Positions 39,478 to 52,010 are shown, counted from the first letter of the stretch. The stretch: DNA of 64,000 nt from Macrostomum lignano (GCA_002269645.1 NIVC01002256.1:124001-188000); one strand, 5' to 3'. Translations and numbers: made by a program. The notes: generated by a model from the sequence alone, not told the origin.

Positions 39478-41850
39478 TGCCTGTCTGTCTACCTGCCAAT
39501 TTACCTGCCTATCTGCCTGTCTGTCTACCTGCCTATCCACCTGCCTATCTGCCTGTCTATCCACCTGCCTATTTACTTGCCTATCTGCCTTTCTGTCTAC
39601 CTGCCTATCCACCTGCCTATTTACTTGCCTATCTACCTACCTGCTTGTCTACCTGCCTATCTACCTGCCTATCTACCTGCCTATCTACTTGCCTATTTGC
39701 CTACCTGCTTGTCTACCTGCCTATCTACCTGCCTATCTACCTGCCTATCTACCTGCCTATCTACCTGTCTATCCACCTGCTTGTCTACCTGCCTATCTAC
39801 CTGCCTATCTACCTGCCTATCTACTTGCCTATTTGCCTACCTGCTTGTCTACCTGCCTATCTACCTGCCTATCTACCTGCCTATCTACCTGCCTATCTAC
39901 CTGCCTATCTACCCGTCTATCTACCTGCCTATCTACCTGACTATCTACCTGCCTATCTACTTGCCTATCTACCTGCCTATCTACTTGCCTATCTACCTGC
40001 CTATCTACCTGCCTATCTACCTGCCTATCTACTTGCCTATCTACCTGCCTATCTACCTGCCTATCTACCTGCCTATCTATCTGTCTATCCACCTGCCTAT
40101 CTACTTGCCTATCTACCTGCCTATCCACCTGCCTATCTACTTGCCTATCTACCTGCCTATCTACCTGCTTGTCTACCTGCCTATCTACCTGCCTATCTAC
40201 CTATCTATCTACCTGCCTATCTACCGTTTCTGCCTATCTACCTGTCTATCCACCTGCCTATCTACTTGCCTATCTACCTGCCTATCTACCTGCTTGTCTA
40301 CCTGCCTATCTACCTGCCTATCTACTTGCCTATCTACCTGCCTATCTACCGTTTCTGCCTATCTACCTGTCTATCCACCTGCCTATCTACCTGCCTATCT
40401 ACCTGCTTGTCTACCTGCCTATCTACCTGCCTATCTACCTGTCTATCTACCTATCTTTCTACCTGCCTATCTACCTGCCTATCTACCTATCTATCTACCT
40501 ACCTATCTACCTATCTATCTACCTACCTATCTACCTACCTATCTACCTGGGTCTATAAAATCTGCTAGCAGGAATTTGCTGACCGAACTTCTTGCAACCG
40601 GCGTCAAAAGATTGCTTGTTTTCTGGCAATGGCAATGCATTGTTTTAGCTAAAAAAATCCAGAGAAGTGGGTAAAAATCCCAAATATTTTATAACTAAAA
40701 GCATCAGCATCAGTTCAAGTGCTTGGAAAGTCAGTTTGTCATTGTGGGGGACAGAATACTCTCAAGTCGCAATCAAACAGTAGTTGAATTCCTTACTGAA
40801 CTGTCATTCAGTAAGTATGTACTGAATCAGTAAGTACTCTACCTGATCCTTGGTCTGGGCCCGGAATAAGTGAGTGGCACAAACAACAGAAAAAGCAGAA
40901 AAACTTCACATGCCTACAGTTTCTTTTTCGATTGAGTTACAGAGTTGAAACTTTACATTTAGATACAGAATGAGTCAATGTGAAGAATTGTATCAAGTTT
41001 GAAGTCAATCGCTGTACGTGGAGCAAACTTATGGCAGCTGAAAGTTAGTTAATTTTAAACCCCTTTCACACATCTGTCCAGTGGTCAGGAAGGAGATCAG
41101 AGAGGCGGAGGTTGGGGTGGCTGTCTCGCTGACGAAAAGCAGACCAACTTTAAAAGTACACAGTGCCGTTCAGAATTAACTTCGAGACTCGAAACTTTAT
41201 ACACGATTGTGTCAAAATAGTTGAAAATTGGATTGTGTCCGATTTGAAGAGGATTGGTAAAGGTAAAAGTGGAGCGACGCTATAGAGGATTTAGTTAAAT
41301 TCTTGCGAAACTGGACAAGCAAATTGTCTCTAGCTGATTACAACTTCCTGAGTTCAGCTAGCCAAATTGCTGCTTGCCGGTTTTGGTTGGATTCTCGCTA
41401 GCAGATTTCGGCTAGCTAAATTCTCGCTAGCAAAATTCCTGCTAGCAAATCTCGGCTAGCAAACCTCGGCTAGCAGATTTCCTGCTAGCAAATCTCGTAC
41501 TCCCATCTACCTATCTATTTACTTGCTAATCTGCCTGCCTACCTACCTGTCTATCTACCTGTCTATCTACCTGTCCATCTACCTGCCTATCTACCTGTCC
41601 ATCTACCTGCCTATCTACCTATCTATCTATCTACCTATCTATCTACCTACTTATCTGCCTGTCTATCTACCTGCCCATCTACCTGCCTATCTACCTGCCT
41701 ATCTACCTGCCTATCTACCTGCCTATCTACCTGCCTATCTACCTGCCTATCTACCTGCCTATCTACCTGTCTATCTACCTTTGCTTTCCTATCTGCCTGT
41801 CTATCTAAGGTGTCTGTCTATCTACCAGCCTTTCTATCGACCTATCTACC
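39478..41850. repeat. 12-bp (CTACCTGCCTAT)n array in TRPM intron 6, split by an insertion at 40549-41504
   Basis: Array at 39478-40548 and 41505-41850. Confidence 0.93.
40549..41504. mobile_element. Non-autonomous DNA transposon inserted in the 12-bp array (superfamily uncertain, Merlin-like termini)
   Basis: Imperfect 26-bp TIR GGG..TA..A.AT.TGCTAGCAGGAA; internal GCTAGCA repeats; ATCTACCT on both flanks (weak, since it is part of the array). Confidence 0.55.
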
Positions 41851-41891
41851 TGACTACCACATATACGCCAGCCTTAATCCCCAACCCTCAG

Positions 41892-42292
41892 GTACGGCGG
41901 CATTCGCGAGTCCGGCCAGCTGACGGGCCTCCGCGTGGTCCTCCTTTGCGGAATTCTGGCGGCCTGCCCGCCGGCCTTCTTCCTGCTGCTCCGCGCCAAA
42001 TTCCTGTCGTTCAAAAGCCTCGCAGAACTGCGCGACCAGCCGCAGACTCGGGAAGAGTTCGACGAATTCGCCCAGCAGGAAGGGTCTGACAGCGGCGACG
42101 AAGCGTCTGAGGCCGAGCAGGCGGCCCGTACAGCGGCCGCCGCTGCCGCAGGGGCCCCGGCGCAGGCATTCGTCGAGCCGGAATCGTTGCGCAATCTGAT
42201 GCGCTCGATGCCTGCGGATTCGCTGGGCGACAAGCTGAGGCGAATGGAGTCTCCGGATGTTGAAGCCGCCGATGCCGATGTCGATGGGGCGA
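41892..42292 (+). CDS. TRPM: TRPM exon 7 (pre-S1; alternative in-phase donor at 42385)
   Basis: W|YGGI, LCGILAACPP, FKSLAELRDQPQTREE. Two phase-1 donors (GTAAGA at 42293, GTAAGG at 42386). Confidence 0.85.
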
Positions 42293-42419
42293 GTAAGAAT
42301 CCGCGTGCGACTGAGGCTGCCAAGGCGGCGGCTTCGCAGGATGCCAGCCCGGCGCGTCAGGCTCTGCTGTCGGCTGGTGGCGACTGTAAGGATTGGAGCG
42401 GTGGAAGCATGAGCACAGT

Positions 42420-45400
42420 TTGGGAGAGAGAGCAGTAGAGCGAGGAAATGGTGAAGATGGGGATAGGGAGACAGTGGGAGGGAGTGGTAGGGGAGGAAGT
42501 GTGGGAGATGCAGAGCGGAGGGGAGGAGAGTAGAAGGAGAGTGAAGGAGGGAGAAGAGGAGGGAAAGGGTAAAAGGAGAGTGGAAGAGGGAGAAGGAGAG
42601 TGGTAGAGGGAGAAGGAGAGTGGTAGAGGGAGAAGGAGAGTGGTAGAGGGAGAAGGAGAGTGAGAGGGAGAAGGAGAGTGGAGAGGGAGAAGGAGAGTGG
42701 AAGAGGGAGAAGGAGAGTGGAAGAGGGAGAAGGAGAGTGGAAGAGGGAGAAGGAGAGTGGAAGAGGGAGAAGGAGAGTGGAAGAGGGAGAAGGAGAGTGG
42801 TAGAGGGAGAAGGAGAGTGGAAGAGGGAGAAGGAGAGTGGAAGAGGGAGAAGGAGAGTGGTAGAGGGAGAAGGAGAGTGGTAGAGGGAGAAGGAGAGTGG
42901 AAGAGGGAGAGGGGAGAAGGAGAGTGGAAGAGGGAGAGGGGAGAAGAGTGGAAGAGGGAGAAGGAGAGTGGAAGAGGGAGAAGGAGAGTGGAAGAGGGAG
43001 AAGGAGAGTGGAAGAGGGAGAAGGAGAGTGGAAGAGGGAGAAGGAGAGTGGTAGAGGGAGAAGGAGAGTGGTAGAGGGAGAAGGAGAGTGGAAGAGGGAG
43101 AAGGAGAGTGGAAGAGGGAGAAGGAGAGTGGAAGAGGGAGAAGGAGAGTGGAAGAGGGAGAAGGAGAGTGGTAGAGGGAGAAGGAGAGTGGAAGAGGGAG
43201 AAGGAGAGTGGAAGAGGGAGAAGGAGAGTGGAAGAGGGAGAAGGAGAGTGGAAGAGGGAGAAGGAGAGTGGAAGAGGGAGAAGGAGAGTGGTAGAGGGAG
43301 AAGGAGAGTGGAAGAGGGAGAAGGAGAGTGGAAGAGGGAGAAGGAGAGTGGAAGAGGGAGAAGGAGAGTGGAAGAGGGAGAAGGAGAGTGGTAGAGGGAG
43401 AAGGAGAGTGGTAGAGGGAGAAGGAGAGTGGAAGAGGGAGAAGGAGAGTGGAAGAGGGAGAAGGAGAGTGGAAGAGGGAGAAGGAGAGTGGAAGAGGGAG
43501 AAGGAGAGTGGTAGAGGGAGAAGGAGAGTGGAAGAGGGAGAAGGAGAGTGGTAGAGGGAGAAGGAGAGTGGAAGAGGGAGAAGGAGAGTGGAAGAGGGAG
43601 AAGGAGAGTGGAAGAGGGAGAAGGAGAGTGGAAGAGGGAGAAGGAGAGTGGAAGAGGGAGAAGGAGAGTGGAAGAGGGAGAAGGAGAGTGGAAGAGGGAG
43701 AAGGAGAGTGGAAGAGGGAGAAGGAGAGTGGTAGAGGGAGAAGGAGAGTGGTAGAGGGAGAAGGAGAGTGGAAGAGGGAGAAGGAGAGTGGAAGAGGGAG
43801 AAGGAGAGTGGAAGAGGGAGAAGGAGAGTGGAAGAGGGAGAAGGAGAGTGGAAGAGGGAGAAGGAGAGTGGAAGAGGGAGAAGGAGAGTGGAAGAGGGAG
43901 AAGGAGAGTGGAAGAGGGAGAAGGAGAGTGGAAGAGGGAGAAGGAGAGTGGAAGAGGGAGAAGGAGAGTGGTAGAGGGAGAAGGAGAGTGGAAGAGGGAG
44001 AAGGAGAGTGGAAGAGGGAGAAGGAGAGTGGAAGAGGGAGAAGGAGAGTGGAAGAGGGAGAAGGAGAGTGGTAGAGGGAGAAGGAGAGTGGTAGAGGGAG
44101 AAGGAGAGTGGAAGAGGGAGAAGGAGAGTGGAAGAGGGAGAAGGAGAGTGGAAGAGGGAGAAGGAGAGTGGAAGAGGGAGAAGGAGAGTGGTAGAGGGAG
44201 AAGGAGAGTGGAAGAGGGAGAAGGAGAGTGGAAGAGGGAGAAGGAGAGTGGTAGAGGGAGAAGGAGAGTGGAAGAGGGAGAAGGAGAGTGGAAGAGGGAG
44301 AAGGAGAGTGGAAGAGGGAGAAGGAGAGTGGAAGAGGGAGAAGGAGAGTGGAAGAGGGAGAAGGAGAGTGGAAGAGGGAGAAGGAGAGTGGTAGAGGGAG
44401 AAGGAGAGTGGAAGAGGGAGAAGGAGAGTGGAAGAGGGAGAAGGAGAGTGGAAGAGGGAGAAGGAGAGTGGAAGAGGGAGAAGGAGAGTGGAAGAGGGAG
44501 AAGGAGAGTGGAAGAGGGAGAAGGAGAGTGGAAGAGGGAGAAGGAGAGTGGAAGAGGGAGAAGGAGAGTGGAAGAGGGAGAAGGAGAGTGGAAGAGGGAG
44601 AAGGAGAGTGGTAGAGGGAGAAGGAGAGTGGTAGAGGGAGAAGGAGAGTGGAAGAGGGAGAAGGAGAGTGGTAGAGGGAGAAGGAGAGTGGAAGAGGGAG
44701 AAGGAGAGTGGAAGAGGGAGAAGGAGAGTGGAAGAGGGAGAAGGAGAGTGGAAGAGGGAGAAGGAGAGTGGAAGAGGGAGAAGGAGAGTGGAAGAGGGAG
44801 AAGGAGAGTGGAAGAGGGAGAAGGAGAGTGGAAGAGGGAGAAGGAGAGTGGAAGAGGGAGAAGGAGAGTGGAAGAGGGAGAAGGAGAGTGGAAGAGGGAG
44901 AAGGAGAGTGGTAGAGGGAGAAGGAGAGTGGAAGAGGGAGAAGGAGAGTGGAAGAGGGAGAAGGAGAGTGGAAGAGGGAGAAGGAGAGTGGTAGAGGGAG
45001 AAGGAGAGTGGAAGAGGGAGAAGGAGAGTGGAAGAGGGAGAAGGAGAGTGGTAGAGGGAGGAGAGTGGAAGAGGGAGAAGGAGAGTGGAAGAGGGAGAAG
45101 GAGAGTGGAAGAGGGAGAAGGAGAGTGGAAGAGGGAGAAGGAGAGTGGAAGAGGGAGAAGGAGAGTGGTAGAGGGAGAAGGAGAGTGGAAGAGGGAGAAG
45201 GAGAGTGGAAGAGGGAGAAGGAGAGTGGAAGAGGGAGAAGGAGAGTGGAAGAGGGAGAAGGAGAGTGGAAGAGGGAGAAGGAGAGTGGAAGAGGGAGAAG
45301 GAGAGTGGAAGAGGGAGAAGGAGAGTGGAAGAGGGAGAAGGAGAGTGGAAGAGGGAGAAGGAGAGTGGAAGAGGGAGAAGGAGAGTGGAAGAGGGAGAAG

Positions 45401-46030
45401 GAGAGTGGTAGAGGGAGAAGGAGAGTGGTAGAGGGAGAAGGAGAGTGGAAGAGGGAGAAGGAGAGTGGTAGAGGGAGAAGGAGAGTGGAAGAGGGAGAAG
45501 GAGAGTGGAAGAGGGAGAAGGAGAGTGGAAGAGGGAGAAGGAGAGTGGTAGAGGGAGAAGGAGAGTGGAAGAGGGAGAAGGAGAGTGGAAGAGGGAGAAG
45601 GAGAGTGGAAGAGGGAGAAGGAGAGTGGTAGAGGGAGAAGGAGAGTGGTAGAGGGAGAAGGAGAGTGGAAGAGGGAGAAGGAGAGTGGAAGAGGGAGAAG
45701 GAGAGTGGTAGAGGGAGAAGGAGAGTGGAAGAGGGAGAAGGAGAGTGGAAGAGGGAGAAGGAGAGTGGAAGAGGGAGAAGGAGAGTGGAAGAGGGAGAAG
45801 GAGAGTGGAAGAGGGAGAAGGAGAGTGGAAGAGGGAGAAGGAGAGTGGAAGAGGGAGAAGGAGAGTGGAAGAGGGAGAAGGAGAGTGGAAGAGGGAGAAG
45901 GAGAGTGGAAGAGGGAGAGGGGAGAAGAGTGGAAGAGGGAGAAGGAGAGTGGAAGAGGGAGAAGGAGAGTGGTAGAGGGAGAAGGAGAGTGGAAGAGGGA
46001 GAGGGGAGAAGAGTGGAAGAGGGAGAGAGT
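42420..46030. repeat. 20-bp polypurine minisatellite (GAGGGAGAAGGAGAGTGGWA)n, TRPM intron 7
   Basis: About 170 near-identical copies. Confidence 0.98.
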
Positions 46031-46233
46031 GGGTGAGGGAGAATAGGAGAAACGGAGCGAGAGAAAGAGGCTAAGAGTGAGAGTGGGAAAGTTAGTGTGT
46101 GAGTAAGGAGAAGGGAACTGGGGAGGTTGTGAGCACTGAGCAGGGACAATGTGAGACAGAGAGCACGGATTAGAAATCGTGAACTTACATGTAAATCGGA
46201 CAGTACACAGACTGCGTCATCTCTTTCCTCCAG

Positions 46234-46985
46234 CAGCCGCCCAGCAGCAGCAGCAAAAGCAAGCACCTGTTCTTCACTATCACCTGGAAGACCCCAACAG
46301 GCGAGTTCGCAATTACACTTACCGATCCGGTGTGCAACCTTATGGCCAGGCTCCGCCTCAGCCTCCGGTGATGCAGCAGCAGCAGCAGCAGCAGCACGAT
46401 CGCCTACCCTATCGAATGTGCGTATCCGAGTTCTTCAGCGCTCCCATCACTCGCTACTGGCTGCATTTGATGTCGTACGCTTTCTTCATCGCCTCGTTTC
46501 TGTCCTACGCTCTCGTGGCGCTGCCGCAGAAGCGGCTGCTGTGGCAGGAGGTCGTCGTGTTCGCCTACGTGGCCTCCTACGCGGCCGACAAAGTCAGGGA
46601 GGTGGCTTTCAGCGGCGGTCGGAATTTCAAAACTAACCTGACTGTTCACCTGTCCGACGCTTGGAATGTCTTTGATCTGTGCGTCTGCGCGGTGTCCGCT
46701 GTTGGCATAGCAACCAGGTTGGCTTCTCTGTGGTGCTGTGTCTACGGCCCCGCTGTTGAGTTCGACTTCTATGCCAACTACAGCCGGTTGCTGGGCCCTG
46801 CGGATGACCCGACTGAGCTGGCTGACTTTGCCGTGCAGTTTTATTTGTTCTTCTGCTCCCAGAATATCATGGTGCTGGCGCTGGGACTCTGGCTGCTGCG
46901 CGTGTTCGAAGTGCTGATCAATTGGAAACACCTGGGACCGTATCTGTACATGGTGGCCAGCATGATGGGCAAGATGCTGCCGCCC
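46234..46985 (+). CDS. TRPM: TRPM exon 8 (S1-S4 and linker)
   Basis: EFFSAPITRYW, KVREV, WNVFD, HLGPYLYMVASM, plus hydrophobic TM segments. Confidence 0.93.
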
Positions 46986-47024
46986 GTGAGTGTCTGTTGG
47001 CGTGACTGGCTATTCCACACCCTA

Positions 47025-48430
47025 TCCGTCTCTACTCCACATCCTACCGACTCTGCTCCACACCCTACCGACTCTGCTCTACATCCTACCGACTCTGCTC
47101 CACATCCTACCTACTCTGCTCCACATCCTACCGACTCTGCTCCACACCCTACCGACTCTACTCTACACCCTACCGACTCTGCTCCACACCCTACCGACTC
47201 TGCTCCACATCCTACCGACTCTGCTCCACACCTTACCCGACTCTACTCTACACCCTACCGACGACTCTACTCCACACCCTACCGACTCTGCTCCACACAC
47301 TACCGACTCTACTCCACACCCTACCAACTCTACTCTACACCCGCCCTGCTCCGCCCTACACCGACTCTGCTCCACACCTTACCCGACTCTACTCTACACC
47401 CTACCGACTCTACTCTACACACTACCGACTCTGCTCCACACCCTACCGACTCTACTCCACACCCTACCGACTCTACGTACTCCACACCCTACCGACTCTG
47501 CTCCACACCCTACCCGACTCTGCTCCACACCCTACCGACTCTGCTCCACACCCTACCGACTCTACTCCACGCCCTACCGACTCTGCTCCACACCCTACCG
47601 ACTCTGCTCCACACCCTACCAGACTCTACTCCACACCCTACCGACTCTGCTCCACACCCTACCGACTCTGCTCCACACCCTACCGACTCTGCTCCACACA
47701 CTACCGACTCTACTCCACACCCTACCAACTCTACTCTACACCCGCCCTGCTCCGCCCTACACCGACTCTGCTCCACACCTTACCCGACTCTACTCTACAC
47801 ACTACCGACTCTGCTCCACACCCTACCGACTCTACTCCACACCCTACCGACTCTACGTACTCCACACCCTACCGACTCTGCTCCACACCCTACCCGACTC
47901 TGCTCCACACCCTACCGACTCTGCTCCACACCCTACCGACTCTACTCCACGCCCTACCGACTCTGCTCCACACCCTACCGACTCTGCTCCACACCCTACC
48001 CGACTCTACTCCACACCCTACCGACTCTGCTCCACACCCTACCGACTCTGCTCCACACCCTACCGACTCTACTCCACGCCCTACCGACTCTGCTCCACAC
48101 CCTACCCGACTCTACTCCACACCCTACCGACTCTGCTCCACACCCTACCCGACTCTACTCCATGCCCTACCGACTCTGCTCCACACCCTACCGACTCTAC
48201 TCTACACCCAACCGACTCTGCTCCACACCCTACCCGACTCTACTCCACACTCTACCCGACTCTACTCCACACCCTACCGACTCTACTCCACACCCTACCG
48301 ACTCTGCTCCACACCCTACCCGACTCTGCTCCACATCCTACCCGACTCTACTCCACGCCTTACCGACTCTACTCAACAATCTACCCGACTCTACTCCCCA
48401 GTCTGCCCGACTCTACTCAACACCCTACAG
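47025..48430. repeat. 21-bp minisatellite (CTACCGACTCTRCTCCACACC)n with a 401-bp higher-order duplication, TRPM intron 8
   Basis: The variant CCGCCCTGCTCCGCCCTAC recurs at 47341 and 47742. Confidence 0.95.
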
Positions 48431-48483
48431 ACTAAACACCATTTGCGACTATATTTCTGATTGAACTTGCCCGCTTCCTACAG

Positions 48484-48940
48484 ATAGTAATCATCTTTGT
48501 CCCGCTGTGTGCTTTCGGCATCATTCGTCAGGGCATCCAGTATCCTGGCCATGACCGGTTCAACATCACTGTTGTCAAGGGCATCTTGCTCAAGCCCTAC
48601 TTTATGCTCTACGGCGAGGTCTACGCCGACGAGATTGACCCGGACGGCTGGTCCGGCCTGGAGAGCCTCATGCCTCTGCGCTCCATCGTGCCAATATCTA
48701 TGGTAATATTCCTCCTGGTAACCGTGATTGTCTGCATCAGCATCATCATCGCCGTATTCAACGACATCTATCACGAGGTGCACGAGAAGTCTAAGCAGGT
48801 GTACAAATATCTCAGATTCTCCATCATTATTGAGTACGAGTCCATGCCCGTGTTCCCGCCGCCGTTCTCTCTGTTCTCTTGGCTGTACCTGCTGGGCAGG
48901 TGGCTTCATCGGAGGCTGACGCGAAAAGAGGAAGACGAAG
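48484..48940 (+). CDS. TRPM: TRPM exon 9 (S5, pore, S6, TRP domain)
   Basis: FGIIRQGI, KPYFMLYGEVYADEID, IIAVFN, PVFPPPFS. Confidence 0.95.
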
Positions 48941-48954
48941 GTGAGATTATATGA

Positions 48955-50040
48955 GAGTAGATTAGCAATCCATTTTGGTTATTTAGTTATTGACTAGATT
49001 AGCAATCCATTTGGGTTATTTAGTTATTGACTAGATTAGCAATCCATTTTGGTTATTTAGTTATTGACTAGATTAGCAATCCATTTTGGTTATTTAGTTA
49101 TTGACTAGATCAGCAATCCATTTCGATTTTTTAGTTATTGGCTAGATTAGCAATCCATTTTGCCTATTTAGTTATTGACTAGATTAGCAATCCATTTTGG
49201 TTATTTAGTTATTGGCTAGATTAGCAATCCATTTTGGTTATTTAGTTATTGACTAGATTAGTAATCCACTTTGGTATTTAGTTATTGACTAGATTAGCAA
49301 TCCATTTTGGTTATTTAGTTATTGACTAGATTAGCAATCCATTTTGGTTATTTAGTTATTGGCTAGATTAGCAATCCATTTTGGTTATTTAGTTATTGAC
49401 TAGATTAGTAATCCAATTTAGTATTTAGTTATTGACTAGATTAGCAATCCATTTTGGTTATTTAGTTATTGGCTAGATTAGCAATCCATTTTGGTTATTT
49501 AGTTATTGGCTAGATTAGCAATCCATTTTGGTTATTTAGTTATTGGCTAGATTAGCAATCCATTTTGGTTATTTAGTTATTGACTAGACTAGCAATCCAT
49601 TTTGGTTATTTAGTTATTGACTAGACTAGCAATCCATTTTGGTTATTTAGTTATCGACTAGATTAGCAATCCCTTTTGGTTATTTACTTATTGACTAGAT
49701 TAGCAATCCATTTTGATTATTTAGTTATTGACTAGATTAGCAATCCATTTTGATTATTTAGTTATTGACTAGATTAGCAATCCATTTTGATTATTTAGTT
49801 ATTGACTAGATTAGCAATCCATTTTGGTTATTTAGTTATTGACTAGACTAGCAATCCATTTTGCCTAATTAGTTATTGACTAGATTAGCAATCCATTTTG
49901 CCTAATTAGTTATTGACTAGACTAGCAATCCATTTTGCCTAATTAGTTATTGACTAGATTAGCAATCTATTTTGATTATTTCATTATTGGGTAGACTAGC
50001 AATCCATTTCGATTTTGTACATGTTGGCTAGACTAGCAAT
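48955..50040. repeat. 37-bp minisatellite (GACTAGATTAGCAATCCATTTTGGTTATTTAGTTATT)n, TRPM intron 9
   Basis: About 29 copies filling almost the whole intron. Confidence 0.96.
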
Positions 50041-50068
50041 CTACCGAATCCCCCAAAAATTCCCCCAG

Positions 50069-51297
50069 ACGAATTCCCGGACTCGAGCGGCATCGAGGAC
50101 GGCCGGGTGATCACCTCGCTGAAGCTGTTCCTCCGGCCTGAGGAGGCGGCCGCCTTGCAGAGTTTTGAGTCGCAGTGCGTGCAGGACCTCCTGCTCATTC
50201 GGACTCGACTCGAACGCGGCCGCAGTCCCGGCCAGTTGTCCGAATTGTCCGACCGCCAGCTGACGGACGATGCAGCACCACCGGCGCCAACGCCCGAAAC
50301 TGCATCAGCGGCGGCAGCGGCAGCGGCGGCGGACGCGGCCACCCGCGTCAACGACCTGACGCAGCGGCACCTTCTGGCAGCTGTGGAGCGACGAATCGCT
50401 GCCGCGGAGGCTGCCGCCGCAGCCGCGGCCGAAGCGGCCACCGCCGCTGCCGCTGCCGTAGCCATGGTTGTCGGCAGCTCCGAGCAGCAGCCGCCGCCGC
50501 AACCGCAGCCGCCGACGCCGCAGACGGGCCAGGACTCTGGCGGCCAGTCTGCTCCACAGCAACAGCGACAGCCGAGCATCCGCCGACCGCTCAGGCGAGC
50601 CTCCTCGATTTCCGAGACTCCACAGCAGCTGTCCGCGGCCGAGGCAGCTCCGTTGAACATCCTGCTGGGCCTCCGGCCGCCTCCCGACTGCGGCTACACC
50701 AGCATCTGCGACGCTATCGACATCGGGCCGACTCTGGCCACCGCTGCTGCCACCGACGCATCCGAGGTCTCCGTGGCTTCGCCGCCGCGGCCGTCTCCGC
50801 TACGACGACTGGACGCCACGTTGCGAGACGCCGAGGAGCGAGAGCGCTCCGTGCTGGGCAGCGCGCTGCGTCGAAGACTTCGCCAGTTCAGCATCACCGG
50901 CGAGTTGCCCGAAGGTGTCGGTGAAGGCAGCGCCGCCGCCTATGACACCGTTGGCAACGAAGCTGAGGATGGCGACGGCCGAGAGGGCGATGACGGTGAC
51001 ACTGGGGAGGCCGATGAGAAGGCCTCGCTGCAGGACATCATGGAGGTGGCCCTCGAACGTCTCGTTGACGCCGAGTTGCGCGACTGCGGCGTAGACCAGC
51101 TGCAGCAGCTTCGGCTGCAGGAGTTCGACGACGAGGAAGACGATGACGGCGGAGTTGGAGACGAAGGCGGCTACGAGGACGCCATGGCGATGATGGCGGC
51201 CGGCGGCGGCCCGAGCAGCTTCGACTTAAGCGGCGATCCGGCGGCCTGCCCGTCCGTGGACGTCCCAGATGAGGCGGATGAGGAGACTGGGGTGTGA
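50069..51297 (+). CDS. TRPM: TRPM exon 10 (rib helix, coiled coil, low-complexity acidic tail)
   Basis: Acceptor TCCCCCAG, phase 1. LKLFLRPEEAAALQSFESQCVQD. Stop TGA at 51295-51297. Confidence 0.9.
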
Positions 51298-52010
51298 GAG
51301 TAGAGAGCGGATTGACGGGAGTAGAGAGCGGATTGATGAGAGTAGAGTGCGGATTAAAGAGAGTAGAGTGCGGATTAAAGAGAGTAGAGTGCTGATTAAA
51401 AGAGTAGAGTGCGGATTAAAGAGAGTAGAGTGCGGATTAAAGAGAGTAGAGTGCGGATTAAAGAGAGTAGAGTGCGGATTATAGAGAGTAGAGTGCTGAT
51501 TAAAAGAGTAGAGAGCGGATTGACGGCAGTAGAGAGCGGATTGATGAGAGTACAGAGCGGATTGAGTAGAGGAGAGAGCGGATTAAAGAGAGTAGAGTGC
51601 GGATTAAAGAGAGTAGAGTGCGGATTAAAGAGAGTAGAGAGCGGATTAAAGAGAGTAGAGTGTGGATTAAAGAGAGTAGAGTGCGGATTAAAGAGAGTAG
51701 AGTGCGGATTAAAGAGAGTAGAGTGCGGATTAAAGAGAGTAGAGAGCGGATTAAAGAGAGTAGAGTGTGGATTAAAGAGAGTAGAGAGCGGATTAAAGAG
51801 AGTAGAGTGTGGATTAAAGAGAGTAGAGTGCGGATTAAAGAGAGTAGAGTGTGGATTAAAGAGAGTAGAGAGCGGATTAAAGAGAGTAGAGTGTGGATTA
51901 AAGAGAGTAGAGTGCGGATTAAAGAGAGTAGAGTGCTGATTAAAAGAGTAGAGAGCGGATTAAAGAAAGTGGAGAGCAGATTGACGGGAGTAGAGAGCGG
52001 ATTAAAGTGA
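51298..52010. repeat. 21-bp minisatellite (GAGAGTAGAGTGCGGATTAAA)n directly after the TRPM stop
   Basis: Starts at the stop codon. Confidence 0.95.

Noticed and set aside
41854-46266. 1470-aa minus-strand ORF and many + strand E/G/R-rich ORFs
   Set aside because: Produced by a stop-free 20-bp purine minisatellite; the ends are antisense shadows of TRPM exons.
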